Source: a virus
Length of the DNA stretch: 64,000 bases
Direction: 5' to 3' (one strand)
Virus record (IMG/VR): IMGVR_UViG_3300042257_000088
Span: 16,038 to 80,037 of that record
Shown: one piece after another, positions 49,152 to 57,371 of the stretch
Layout of the letters: the number at the start of each line of letters is the position of its first letter
Position numbering within the stretch: position 1 is the stretch's first letter
The notes under the pieces: model-generated
Told to the model about the DNA's origin: nothing
Databases searched by the model: none
Seen by the model: only the letters and a program-made list of their open reading frames with translations
Position numbers and translations under genes: made by a program

Positions 49152-50144
49152 ATGGATATTTTATTTTATGGTCCTAATTGCGGTTCTGGAATTGAACAAA
49201 TTGGGTTTGTTTATTTATTATTATTAAAATCTATGGGTCACAATATAGATTACTTAAATTCTCAAGATACTGATACACAGAAAACTTTTTTAAAAGATTT
49301 AATTCATACTGGTGATTATGATTTTATAATATTAAATGAAGCTAATTCAGAAATATTTACAAGAACGGATTATATAAATTATCCTAAGAATAAAGTTTTT
49401 AATATTTGTCATTCCAATATTAATATACCAAATAATGTAATTGCTTTAAGTTTAAATTATAAATATCATTTAAATACAGCAGAAGCATATCCAACAGTTT
49501 TTCCATTACCATATCCTTTTTTATTTAAATATGTAAATAAAAAACCTTTATCTGAAAGAAAATATGATATGAGTTTTATTGGTAGATGGTGTGAAGGTAA
49601 ATTCCACAAAAAGATCAGAACTTTTTTATTAAATATACTTAATAAAAAAATGGATTATGGAATAATTTCTTCGGTTGATGAAAAGTATCTTGACATACCT
49701 GCAAACGAAGTGTATAATAATTTAGATATAAATGAAATTTACAGTTTTTTACAAGATACAAAATATCTTTTGTTACCATCTACAACAGAATGTTTAAGTC
49801 TAGTAGTTGGTGAAGCACAAGTTTGTGGTTGCATACCAATTGTTTTAGATACAGATTATTTAGAACATGAACAATTTGAATTAGCAATAAAATGTTTCCA
49901 TGTAACAGAATTTGAAAATATGATTAAAAAAACATTATATGAGAATTATACTAATGGTAAAAATAATACAGATAAAAAATATTCACAACCTTGGCATATA
50001 AAAAGAGTTAAACAACATTTAGAAGTTTTCTTTGGATCTGAAAATAAAATAGGAAATATTCATGTATTAAATATGTGTCAATCAATGAATAAATTAGCTT
50101 TAGAAAATGCGGAAATAATCACAAAAACAAAATTAGAAGTTTAG
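49152..50144 (+). CDS. GT-B fold glycosyltransferase (GT4-like)
   Basis: N-terminal GSGIE, FIGR...K and LLLPS.TECLSLVVGEAQVCGCIPI (EX7E motif). Confidence 0.85.
   Translation: MDILFYGPNCGSGIEQIGFVYLLLLKSMGHNIDYLNSQDTDTQKTFLKDLIHTGDYDFIILNEANSEIFTRTDYINYPKNKVFNICHSNINIPNNVIALSLNYKYHLNTAEAYPTVFPLPYPFLFKYVNKKPLSERKYDMSFIGRWCEGKFHKKIRTFLLNILNKKMDYGIISSVDEKYLDIPANEVYNNLDINEIYSFLQDTKYLLLPSTTECLSLVVGEAQVCGCIPIVLDTDYLEHEQFELAIKCFHVTEFENMIKKTLYENYTNGKNNTDKKYSQPWHIKRVKQHLEVFFGSENKIGNIHVLNMCQSMNKLALENAEIITKTKLEV
49690..49718 (+). promoter_or_regulatory. Perfect consensus sigma70-type promoter inside the glycosyltransferase gene
   Basis: TTGACA (49690-49695), 17 nt spacer, TATAAT (49713-49718). Confidence 0.5.
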
Positions 50145-50175
50145 TAACAAATATTATTATAGGAGTTGGATAATT

Positions 50176-50649
50176 ATGAGTAATATTGTTGATTATGCAA
50201 AGAGCGAATTGGATGCAGCTGGTTTTTTTGATGAGGAGTCAGATTATAATGGTATGCTTGGTGAAGCTGTTGTAGAACTAATTGAAAAATTTGATAACCA
50301 AGATCATAGTGGTTTTAGTGCACACGCTACAATAGAATTGTTTTCCAGATTGGCTCGATATAAACCACTTACACCGCTTACAGGAGATTCCGAAGAATGG
50401 GTTGAAGTTTCGGATGGATTATTCCAAAACAAACGTGCTGGTAATGTTTTTGCGGAAGATGAAAACGGTAAAAATGCATATGATATAGAAGGTTTAGTTT
50501 TTGTTGATAAAACAGGGATGGCTTTTACAAATTCTGAAAGTCTTACATATATTGAATTTCCATATGTACCAGAACCCACTATCATTGAAGAAGACACACC
50601 AGATGCAGAAGAATACAAACATGTTTTTGTTTTAGATGAAGAAGAATAG
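50176..50649 (+). CDS. Hypothetical phage protein
   Basis: AGGAG RBS; HSGFSA...LF.RLA..KPLTPLTG..EW..V...FQNKR motif of a kind seen in phage hypotheticals. Confidence 0.65.
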   Translation: MSNIVDYAKSELDAAGFFDEESDYNGMLGEAVVELIEKFDNQDHSGFSAHATIELFSRLARYKPLTPLTGDSEEWVEVSDGLFQNKRAGNVFAEDENGKNAYDIEGLVFVDKTGMAFTNSESLTYIEFPYVPEPTIIEEDTPDAEEYKHVFVLDEEE

Positions 50650-50680
50650 GTTTTACTGAATATATAAGAAAACATCATTG

Positions 50681-50714
50681 ACCCGGGTAGGAAATCCTAC
50701 CCGGGTTTTATTTT
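50681..50714 (+). terminator. Rho-independent terminator
   Basis: ACCCGGGTAGGA-AA-TCCTACCCGGGT followed by TTTTATTTT. Confidence 0.9.
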
Positions 50715-50726
50715 GGGGTTGATTTT

Positions 50727-51116
50727 TTGAAAAAGTTTATATGTATTATTTTATTTTTATTTTTTGTAGTGACTCCTTCGTATAGTATTGAAGAAGCCGA
50801 TAAATTTAATATTGAAATGCTTAATAAACGTATGACGGAAAAACTTTCAATAATAGATGAATATTACGGACGATTTAGTAACTCACCAGTATTTGTTTCG
50901 TATTTAATGGAAAGAGTGGAAATATCTTCTCGTTTGTATTTGGCTGATGCTTATATAATGTTATGCAAGGAAATATCTACTCAAAATAATATAAATCGTG
51001 TCCGTTTAAAAACAGAGAAAAAACGATTAGAAGTGGAAGAACAACGATTGTACTATGAAAAAAAGAGACTTGTTTTAGAAATGAAACAAGCTAAAATGTT
51101 TGAGAAAAAAGAATAA
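50727..51116 (+). CDS. Secreted or membrane-anchored coiled-coil protein
   Basis: Signal-peptide-like MKKFICIILFLFFVVTPSYS and a charged coiled-coil C-terminus. Confidence 0.55.
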   Translation: MKKFICIILFLFFVVTPSYSIEEADKFNIEMLNKRMTEKLSIIDEYYGRFSNSPVFVSYLMERVEISSRLYLADAYIMLCKEISTQNNINRVRLKTEKKRLEVEEQRLYYEKKRLVLEMKQAKMFEKKE

Positions 51117-51137
51117 GTTTGAAAGGAAGTTTAACAA

Positions 51138-51374
51138 ATGCCAGATTCAAGATTAAAACCGAAATGGATATCGTCTGGTAGTGAAGAAGAAGGTGTTTTA
51201 TTAGTTGCTGATGGATTAGGTGGTTTTAAATATTCTACAGCACCTTTTCATAGCCACGATAATTTAACAGAATTAGAATCTATAACAATTGTTGATAATA
51301 ATCTTTATGTTGATGGAATTAATAAAACGTTATTTGAATTAGATGAAAATGGAGATCTAATGCCAATCTTATAA
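51138..51374 (+). CDS. Small structural-type protein
   Basis: HSHDN...L..I and FELDENGDLMP motifs typical of fibre-associated small proteins. Confidence 0.55.
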   Translation: MPDSRLKPKWISSGSEEEGVLLVADGLGGFKYSTAPFHSHDNLTELESITIVDNNLYVDGINKTLFELDENGDLMPIL

Positions 51375-51387
51375 AGTTGGTGAAAAT

Positions 51388-51654
51388 ATGAGCATACTTG
51401 AACATTTAATATTTTTAGGTGATTTCGGAAGTCATCTTCATGTACATAATCAAATAGAAAAATCTTCACATTGGTTTGTAGAACATAATTTTGGTACAAA
51501 TGATATTTATGTTTTCGCAGAAGATAAAGATGGAGTTAGATTTCATCCGGCCTATGACGTTGAAGATTTGAATACAATTCAGATACATGTTAATCCGTCG
51601 ATGGTTGGTAAAGCATATATTTTAAAGTTGGGTGGTGACGTAAATGCCGTTTGA
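51388..51654 (+). CDS. Small structural protein (HNQ..S..W.V.HN domain)
   Basis: Paralogous to the C-terminal domain of 26119..26652. Confidence 0.6.
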   Translation: MSILEHLIFLGDFGSHLHVHNQIEKSSHWFVEHNFGTNDIYVFAEDKDGVRFHPAYDVEDLNTIQIHVNPSMVGKAYILKLGGDVNAV

Positions 51655-52120
51655 GACAAGAGAATATTCTAATAAAAATATGTCTGGAAATAGAATTGTA
51701 AATGTAGCACCACCTATTAGTAGCACTGATGTAGAAATACACGGCCATACACATAATTTAGAAGATCTTGGTGCTGTTTCTCAAAACGATGTTGGAAATC
51801 CCGATGGGATAGCTACTTTAAATTCTGATGGTAAAATATCTATAAATCAATTACCAATAGTCACGGAATTGATTATTTTAACAGAAAATGAAATATCAAA
51901 CAAAAGTGTTAGCACCACTTATAAAATAGCAGAATCTTTACCCATCGAAATATATGTGATATCTGAAGAAAATTATAGATCACCACAATTATTAAGAGAT
52001 GTTGATTTTTTTATAGTAGAAAATCATTTTACCGTTGGTTGGACTGGAAAAACATTAGATGGTTTATTAGAATTATATGATAAATTATTTATTAAATATT
52101 ACACTGATGTTGCCGAATAA
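51644..52120 (+). CDS. Structural protein
   Basis: NMSGNRI.NVA.P, HTH and G..GIATL..DGKI...QLP fibre motifs; C-terminal domain shared with 52491..53459. Confidence 0.6.
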   Translation: MPFETREYSNKNMSGNRIVNVAPPISSTDVEIHGHTHNLEDLGAVSQNDVGNPDGIATLNSDGKISINQLPIVTELIILTENEISNKSVSTTYKIAESLPIEIYVISEENYRSPQLLRDVDFFIVENHFTVGWTGKTLDGLLELYDKLFIKYYTDVAE

Positions 52121-52133
52121 AGAAGGTGATTAA

Positions 52134-52472
52134 ATGGCCAAAATAACCTTATATGATGTAAGAATTGAACAATATGGTTATTTTAGTTTATTCGATAGAT
52201 ATGTAAATACCCCAGCTTCATTATATGATTTAACAGCAAATCAATTAGATATAATGAGACTACAAGGTTGGGAATTTATAATAATAAGTGAACACGAAGA
52301 AGAAATAGACGACAGCAAGCCAATATCAACTTATTATCCGATGTGGGCACGTGTAGTTTTAGTACCTTCCATAGAAGATCATGAAAAAATAGGTGGACTA
52401 CGACAGGGCGACTTTGTTGTATTTGTAAAAGAAAAAAGTTTTTATATTTATGTTCCAGACCGTGAAGAATAA
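52134..52472 (+). CDS. Hypothetical protein
   Basis: 112 aa ORF with a GAAGGTGAT RBS. Confidence 0.55.
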   Translation: MAKITLYDVRIEQYGYFSLFDRYVNTPASLYDLTANQLDIMRLQGWEFIIISEHEEEIDDSKPISTYYPMWARVVLVPSIEDHEKIGGLRQGDFVVFVKEKSFYIYVPDREE

Positions 52473-52490
52473 GTGTGGTGAAAATATAAA

Positions 52491-53459
52491 ATGCCTAAAA
52501 TTGATCGTAGATTTATAGCACTTGGTGATGGACCTCACGAATTAAATTTAGAATTATTACCAGACGGTTCAACAAGATTTGCTTTAACAACAGATTTACA
52601 GAATATAGACGGTACCAAAATATTTAATGATATTCCAAAAACATATGAAATACCTTCGGAAGATGAAGATATTACAAATAAATCTTATGTGGATAATAGA
52701 ATCGAACAAATGCTAAGTGGATCTCATTGGCAGAGACCGGTTAATACAGTATCCTATTCTTTGCCTACTACTACGGTTGAAGGATATCGAGTTTTAAATT
52801 TATCTGATAACAGAATATATACTTTCAAAGAAGGAAACTGGGATACTGGTGTAATACCATCAAGAAACTGGACTGTTTTAGTAATAGATACTGATGAGCA
52901 ATGGACATACGATAGTGATAATAATGAATGGATAGTAATATCATTCGGTGGTATGCCAGAAGCAACAAAAGATAGTTATGGAAAAGTACAAATAGGAAAT
53001 GGATTAAATGTTATTGACGGAATTGTTTCTGTTAATGCTTCTTATGGATTATCATTATCTGGATTAACCCCTAATCAGACAGTAGGTATAAATCATGATA
53101 CTTCGTTATTTGTAATTGAAGATAAAGTTGGAATTCATCCTAAACCAAATTCTGGCATAGCTGTAGATAATGAAGGTGTTTATGTAGATTATTCCGATTT
53201 AGCAATTGAAAAATATGAAACATTTATAGTAGATAATAATATTTTAATAAATAAATTTATAGATCTTTCATATGTTATTAAACAAGATAATTTTACCAAA
53301 GTACAAGTTATAGGTGGTCCTCTATTACAATATGATATTGATTTCACAGTTACAGTTGATACATTTGGTGTAACAAGAAGAATTGATTGGAATGGATATA
53401 ATTTAGACGGAATGCTTGAATTGGGTGAAACAATACAAGTATGGTATATAACTATTTAA
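52491..53459 (+). CDS. Structural/fibre-associated protein
   Basis: Q.IDG.K.F, TNKSYVD, WQ.PV and AT....G.VQIGNGL.V; C-terminal W.G..LDG.LE domain shared with 51644..52120. Confidence 0.65.
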   Translation: MPKIDRRFIALGDGPHELNLELLPDGSTRFALTTDLQNIDGTKIFNDIPKTYEIPSEDEDITNKSYVDNRIEQMLSGSHWQRPVNTVSYSLPTTTVEGYRVLNLSDNRIYTFKEGNWDTGVIPSRNWTVLVIDTDEQWTYDSDNNEWIVISFGGMPEATKDSYGKVQIGNGLNVIDGIVSVNASYGLSLSGLTPNQTVGINHDTSLFVIEDKVGIHPKPNSGIAVDNEGVYVDYSDLAIEKYETFIVDNNILINKFIDLSYVIKQDNFTKVQVIGGPLLQYDIDFTVTVDTFGVTRRIDWNGYNLDGMLELGETIQVWYITI

Positions 53460-53481
53460 AGACAAAACAAAAAATAATTAC

Positions 53482-53529
53482 ATAACTACGGGAACTGGAT
53501 AATATCTGGTTCTCGTAGTTATTTTTTTT
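53482..53529 (+). terminator. Rho-independent terminator
   Basis: ATAACTACGGGAAC...GTTCTCGTAGTTAT stem followed by T8. Confidence 0.85.
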
Positions 53530-53530
53530 G

Positions 53531-53558
53531 TTGACAAATAAAATATAGATAGTATAAT
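53531..53558 (+). promoter_or_regulatory. Sigma70/SigA-type promoter for dcd-dut
   Basis: TTGACA (53531-53536), 16 nt spacer, TATAAT (53553-53558), immediately after the terminator. Confidence 0.75.
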
Positions 53559-53588
53559 ATAACTATTACAAATGAAAGGGGTTTTATT

Positions 53589-54137
53589 ATGATTTTATCT
53601 GGTAATTCATATGAAAAAGAGTTAGAACTTGGTAACATTGTTATTTCACCATTTAGAAAAGATTTTCTAAATCCTAATTCTTATGATTTACATTTAGGAA
53701 AAGAGTTATATCAATTAGATGATTTAATTGTTGATCCATTGAAAGAACATAGATGGACAGAATATGATTTATCTAAACAATACAAAGTAATTGATCCGGG
53801 AAAACTATATCTCGGACATACTGTTGAATTAGCTGGTTCGTCTGTTTACATACCAAAAATAGAAGGCAAATCTACACTAGCGAGATTGGGAATAAGTATT
53901 CATTTAACAGCTGGATATGGCGATATTGGTTTTATTGGTTCCTGGACTTTGGAAATAACAACTGTTAAACCATTTGTTTTAAGATACGGAATGCCAATTT
54001 GTCAAATTGAATTTGATGTAATTCGTGGTGATATACACCATTTATATAATGGTAAATATAATGCACGCGATGGTGTTGGATTGCCAGAAGCTAGAACCGA
54101 TTGGATTTTTATGTATGACGAAAAGGAGAGTCAATAA
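53589..54137 (+). CDS. dcd: dCTP deaminase
   Basis: MILS...NPNSYDL.L, EGKSTLARLG..IH.TAG..D.GF.G..TLEI, ICQI.F and Y.GKY. Confidence 0.93.
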   Translation: MILSGNSYEKELELGNIVISPFRKDFLNPNSYDLHLGKELYQLDDLIVDPLKEHRWTEYDLSKQYKVIDPGKLYLGHTVELAGSSVYIPKIEGKSTLARLGISIHLTAGYGDIGFIGSWTLEITTVKPFVLRYGMPICQIEFDVIRGDIHHLYNGKYNARDGVGLPEARTDWIFMYDEKESQ

Positions 54138-54580
54138 TGTATGCTAATGTTATAATTAAAAGAAATGGATTACCTGAAAAATATCTACTTCCATCGATTC
54201 AACATGAAGGCGATGCTGGCATGGATTTAAGATCTGCTAATTATTATAAAATAGCACCACATCAATGTGTTTTAGTTGACACTGGTATTCAAATAGAATT
54301 TTCGGATAATTTTGTTGCAATGGTTTGCCCTAGAAGTGGTTTAGCATTAAAACAACAATTAACTGTTTTAAATTCTCCCGGTATTGTAGATTCATCATAT
54401 CGTGGCAATGTTGGTGTGATTCTTATGAATCATTCTAATACAACACGATATATTAATATTGGTGATAGAATTGCACAGTTATGTATATTGGAAGTTTGTA
54501 AAGTAACAGTTTTTGAATCTGAAGAAGATTTATCAGAAACGAATCGAGGTTCTGGCGGGTTTGGGTCTACCGGAAACTGA
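54137..54580 (+). CDS. dut: Trimeric dUTPase
   Basis: All five motifs: AGMDL, PRSGLA, GIVDSSYRG, GDRIAQL, RGSGGFGSTG. Confidence 0.97.
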   Translation: MYANVIIKRNGLPEKYLLPSIQHEGDAGMDLRSANYYKIAPHQCVLVDTGIQIEFSDNFVAMVCPRSGLALKQQLTVLNSPGIVDSSYRGNVGVILMNHSNTTRYINIGDRIAQLCILEVCKVTVFESEEDLSETNRGSGGFGSTGN

Positions 54581-54600
54581 AGACAAATCAAAAAGTAATT

Positions 54601-54917
54601 CCACCCAAACGGGTGGCACACCATACCGGTGCTATTTATTAAATAACATCGGTATGGTATTGTAAGCAAGTGTAAGGAACAAGGTTTTTGTGGGGAAGCG
54701 AACAAACGACCCACAAAGCTCTTCAGCCACAACAACACACAACAACATACAACAACGTACAACTTAGGTTTGTTGCTTGTATCCTTGGAGTTTTCGTTAG
54801 ATTCTCTCTCACTCATGCTATCATTAATTTCTGTCTGCACGTCTTCCAACTCCTTTCATAGCTAAACACCCGGCAGTTCCTCTTACCGGGTGTTTAATTA
54901 TGTGTTTTCAACACATA
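54601..54917. other. Hairpin-rich, GC-elevated intergenic region with a 10-bp tandem repeat (candidate structured RNA or cis element)
   Basis: At least five inverted repeats, plus AACAACACAC/AACAACATAC/AACAACGTAC at 54731-54760, at the convergence of + and - strand gene blocks. Confidence 0.5.
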
Positions 54918-54989
54918 AACTAATTTTAAAATTCAAAAAACGAAAGAACAATTCCATACTACTTTAATATAATATATATACATAATATA

Positions 54990-55484
54990 TTATTTCAAAA
55001 TATTTTTAAAATATTTTTTATATATTTCGTCTTCAGACTGGCCACGTACTATTTTTCCGGATCTAAATAACAACACTCTTGAAAATTTATATATTATCAA
55101 ATCCGTTTTTGTATTTATACGATGCAAAATTTGCTCTATCCCTCTCAATGCATTGTTCAATTCATCAATTAAAGATCCTCGTGGATATGTAGAATATTGC
55201 CTGGTGTGTTGATATAATGATTCACGGTCGTACATTTCAAGCAAAAAAGTATATAAATTTTGTATATCGTAGATTTGAATTTCTGAATAGTCTTCTGAGT
55301 GTTCAGTAATTATATCGGAAGGTATTTTTATATTTGATAAAATAATTTCCGTTTTTACTATAGACTCTGTATTTAAGATATATTCTTTATTTATTCCATT
55401 ATATAATTTTTCAATTAATATTTTATTATTTATAAGAAATATTTGTAAATTTGATTGAGATAACACCAAATCAGTCATATACAT
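54990..55484 (-). CDS. Hypothetical protein
   Basis: 164 aa ORF co-oriented with the upstream minus-strand block. Confidence 0.6.
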   Translation of the reverse strand: MYMTDLVLSQSNLQIFLINNKILIEKLYNGINKEYILNTESIVKTEIILSNIKIPSDIITEHSEDYSEIQIYDIQNLYTFLLEMYDRESLYQHTRQYSTYPRGSLIDELNNALRGIEQILHRINTKTDLIIYKFSRVLLFRSGKIVRGQSEDEIYKKYFKNILK

Positions 55485-55556
55485 TTAATCAACTTCTTTC
55501 GAATAAACGCCGGAGTATTTAAACCCCGACGTTTGTTATTTTTTTACCAAAATTTT

Positions 55557-55597
55557 GCTGAGAAAGATGCTCGGTCTTTAGCCGAGTGCAGCGTCAC
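55557..55597 (+). mobile_element. IS200/IS605-family (tnpB-type) right-end relic
   Basis: GCTGAGAAAGATG-CTCGG-TCTTTAG-CCGAG-TGCAGCG-TCAC: a subterminal hairpin with a CTTTAG loop ending in TCAC. No transposase in the window. Confidence 0.5.
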
Positions 55598-57285
55598 TCT
55601 ATATCTATGGTTTCTCCAAATGGTAATTGATAATTATTGTTTCTTCCAAAAGCCAGTCCAATAGTCGAAACATGTTTAATCCATTTATAATTTTTATATA
55701 TTTGGTCAATATCAGAATACATATCAGAAGCTATCAATACAATTGATTTTTTGTATTCTTTTCGATTTGTTAATTCATTTTCTATATAATTAAACACATC
55801 TTCATGACTAGTACCACCACACGAATATCGATATTGTATAAAATTATTTATATGTTTTGATTTAGCTTCAAACCTATCAATTCTGGAAATACTATAATCA
55901 TGAATTATGGTTATAATTGGAAATCCTTTTGTATTTAATTCCTTGAGAATATAATTTATTTTTCTTAGTTCTTCGTTTGACATTGAACCCGAACTATCTA
56001 CCAAAATATATATTTTTGGCATTTTACCACGTTTAATAGGACCGGGTAATGTAGCTATGTGTTTGTAATAGATATTTGGATTTGTCCATGTTGTTTCGTC
56101 TCTCTGTTTCTTTTCACCACAAAGATAAGCCATACGTCTACGAAGTTTTCTAGCCCAGTTCATTTTAACTGCTAACGGAATTCCTAATTGACTGAGCACG
56201 TTGTTGCTCCCCAGGCCTCTTACTTTTGTTACCATATCATTTACCACATCGCCAATTATATCCGATACAGATAATCCGTCTGTATTACTCCCATCGTTTT
56301 CCATTTCGTCTATTCCTTTTATTATTTCACCATCCAAATCAATATCAACTTTTTTTCCTGCTTTAGTTTTGGATACTATTATTTTTCCGGTATGTTTTTT
56401 ATTTTTTCCAGAATTATTTTTTGATTTTTCCCCGTCTGTTTCATTGTTTTTTGAATCATCAGATCCTGATTCTTCAGACGAATCACCTGAACCATTATCA
56501 CTCTGTGATGAATTACAGTCCCCAAAAGAATATACATTTACTTCAGCTGTTTCTATTACATTTTCTAAAATATCATAAACAGACATATTATCTGAATTAT
56601 AATCTTGTGAATATAAAATAAAATTAACAAATGATCCATCGTTAAACACTTGATTTTTTCTAAGTAATGTGCTATTAATATGAAAATCACATGCAATATT
56701 ACAAAATTGTTGTGAATATTGTTTACTGATTTCTTCGTTATGTTTTTCTTTAAACAGTCTTTGGGCTGTTTGTATATGTGCATCAAATGATTCTAAATCA
56801 CGATTAAATATATGCATAATTTCATGCATATAAATAAAACCAAGTGTTCTAGCGTGGTAGTTTATTATTTTATCTATAAATGTTTTTAATTCAACATCTC
56901 GTTTTTTAAAGAAACTAATGTGAATTTCAATTTCTCTACGATGTACATTAACACAACAGTATGCTGATGATAATGGAATAGAATCGAAAGTTAATTCAGT
57001 TCTATCTTTTATTTCTTCTATTATATTATCATCTAAAATAGAAGCGTCTTCTATGTCAATATTATAAATATGAAAATGAACTGGTATTACACAGAACATA
57101 GAAAATATGACAGAAAAATCACCAGCAAATACATCAGACATTGGTTTAACAATTCTAGTCATAAATTTTTGTTCAATTTGTTTATGGTCATAATCAGTAA
57201 TATCTAATTCTTCAACACTAATATTATTCAATTGTTTTATTTGATTTTCTGTATCTTTATCAGTTACACTATGGATCTTTGTCAT
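55594..57285 (-). CDS. HExxH metallopeptidase-like domain plus C-terminal vWA domain protein (MoxR partner)
   Basis: YMHEIMH, NIACDFHIN, an acidic S/G/D linker, W...L, MIDAS VDSSGSMS, GGT and SD. Confidence 0.88.
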   Translation of the reverse strand: MTKIHSVTDKDTENQIKQLNNISVEELDITDYDHKQIEQKFMTRIVKPMSDVFAGDFSVIFSMFCVIPVHFHIYNIDIEDASILDDNIIEEIKDRTELTFDSIPLSSAYCCVNVHRREIEIHISFFKKRDVELKTFIDKIINYHARTLGFIYMHEIMHIFNRDLESFDAHIQTAQRLFKEKHNEEISKQYSQQFCNIACDFHINSTLLRKNQVFNDGSFVNFILYSQDYNSDNMSVYDILENVIETAEVNVYSFGDCNSSQSDNGSGDSSEESGSDDSKNNETDGEKSKNNSGKNKKHTGKIIVSKTKAGKKVDIDLDGEIIKGIDEMENDGSNTDGLSVSDIIGDVVNDMVTKVRGLGSNNVLSQLGIPLAVKMNWARKLRRRMAYLCGEKKQRDETTWTNPNIYYKHIATLPGPIKRGKMPKIYILVDSSGSMSNEELRKINYILKELNTKGFPIITIIHDYSISRIDRFEAKSKHINNFIQYRYSCGGTSHEDVFNYIENELTNRKEYKKSIVLIASDMYSDIDQIYKNYKWIKHVSTIGLAFGRNNNYQLPFGETIDIE

Positions 57286-57330
57286 ATAAAATGTCCTCCC
57301 ATAAAGATTGTCGATCTTTTGGTTAGAAAT

Positions 57331-57361
57331 GTAAGGTGGATGATTCTATCACCCACCTTAC
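57331..57361 (-). promoter_or_regulatory. Intergenic stem-loop between the ATPase and vWA genes
   Basis: GTAAGGTGG-ATGAT...ATCAC-CCACCTTAC inverted repeat without a long U-tract. Confidence 0.5.
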
Positions 57362-57371
57362 TATATCTTAT

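Noticed and set aside
54731..54763. CRISPR array
   Set aside because: Only three contiguous 10-bp units with no spacers; no cas genes.
54430..54849. 139-aa minus-strand ORF with an AAAGGAG motif
   Set aside because: It runs through several hairpins and a simple repeat (VVVCCCVLLW) and overlaps dut antisense by 150 nt. Not called as a CDS, though a translated 5' part cannot be excluded.
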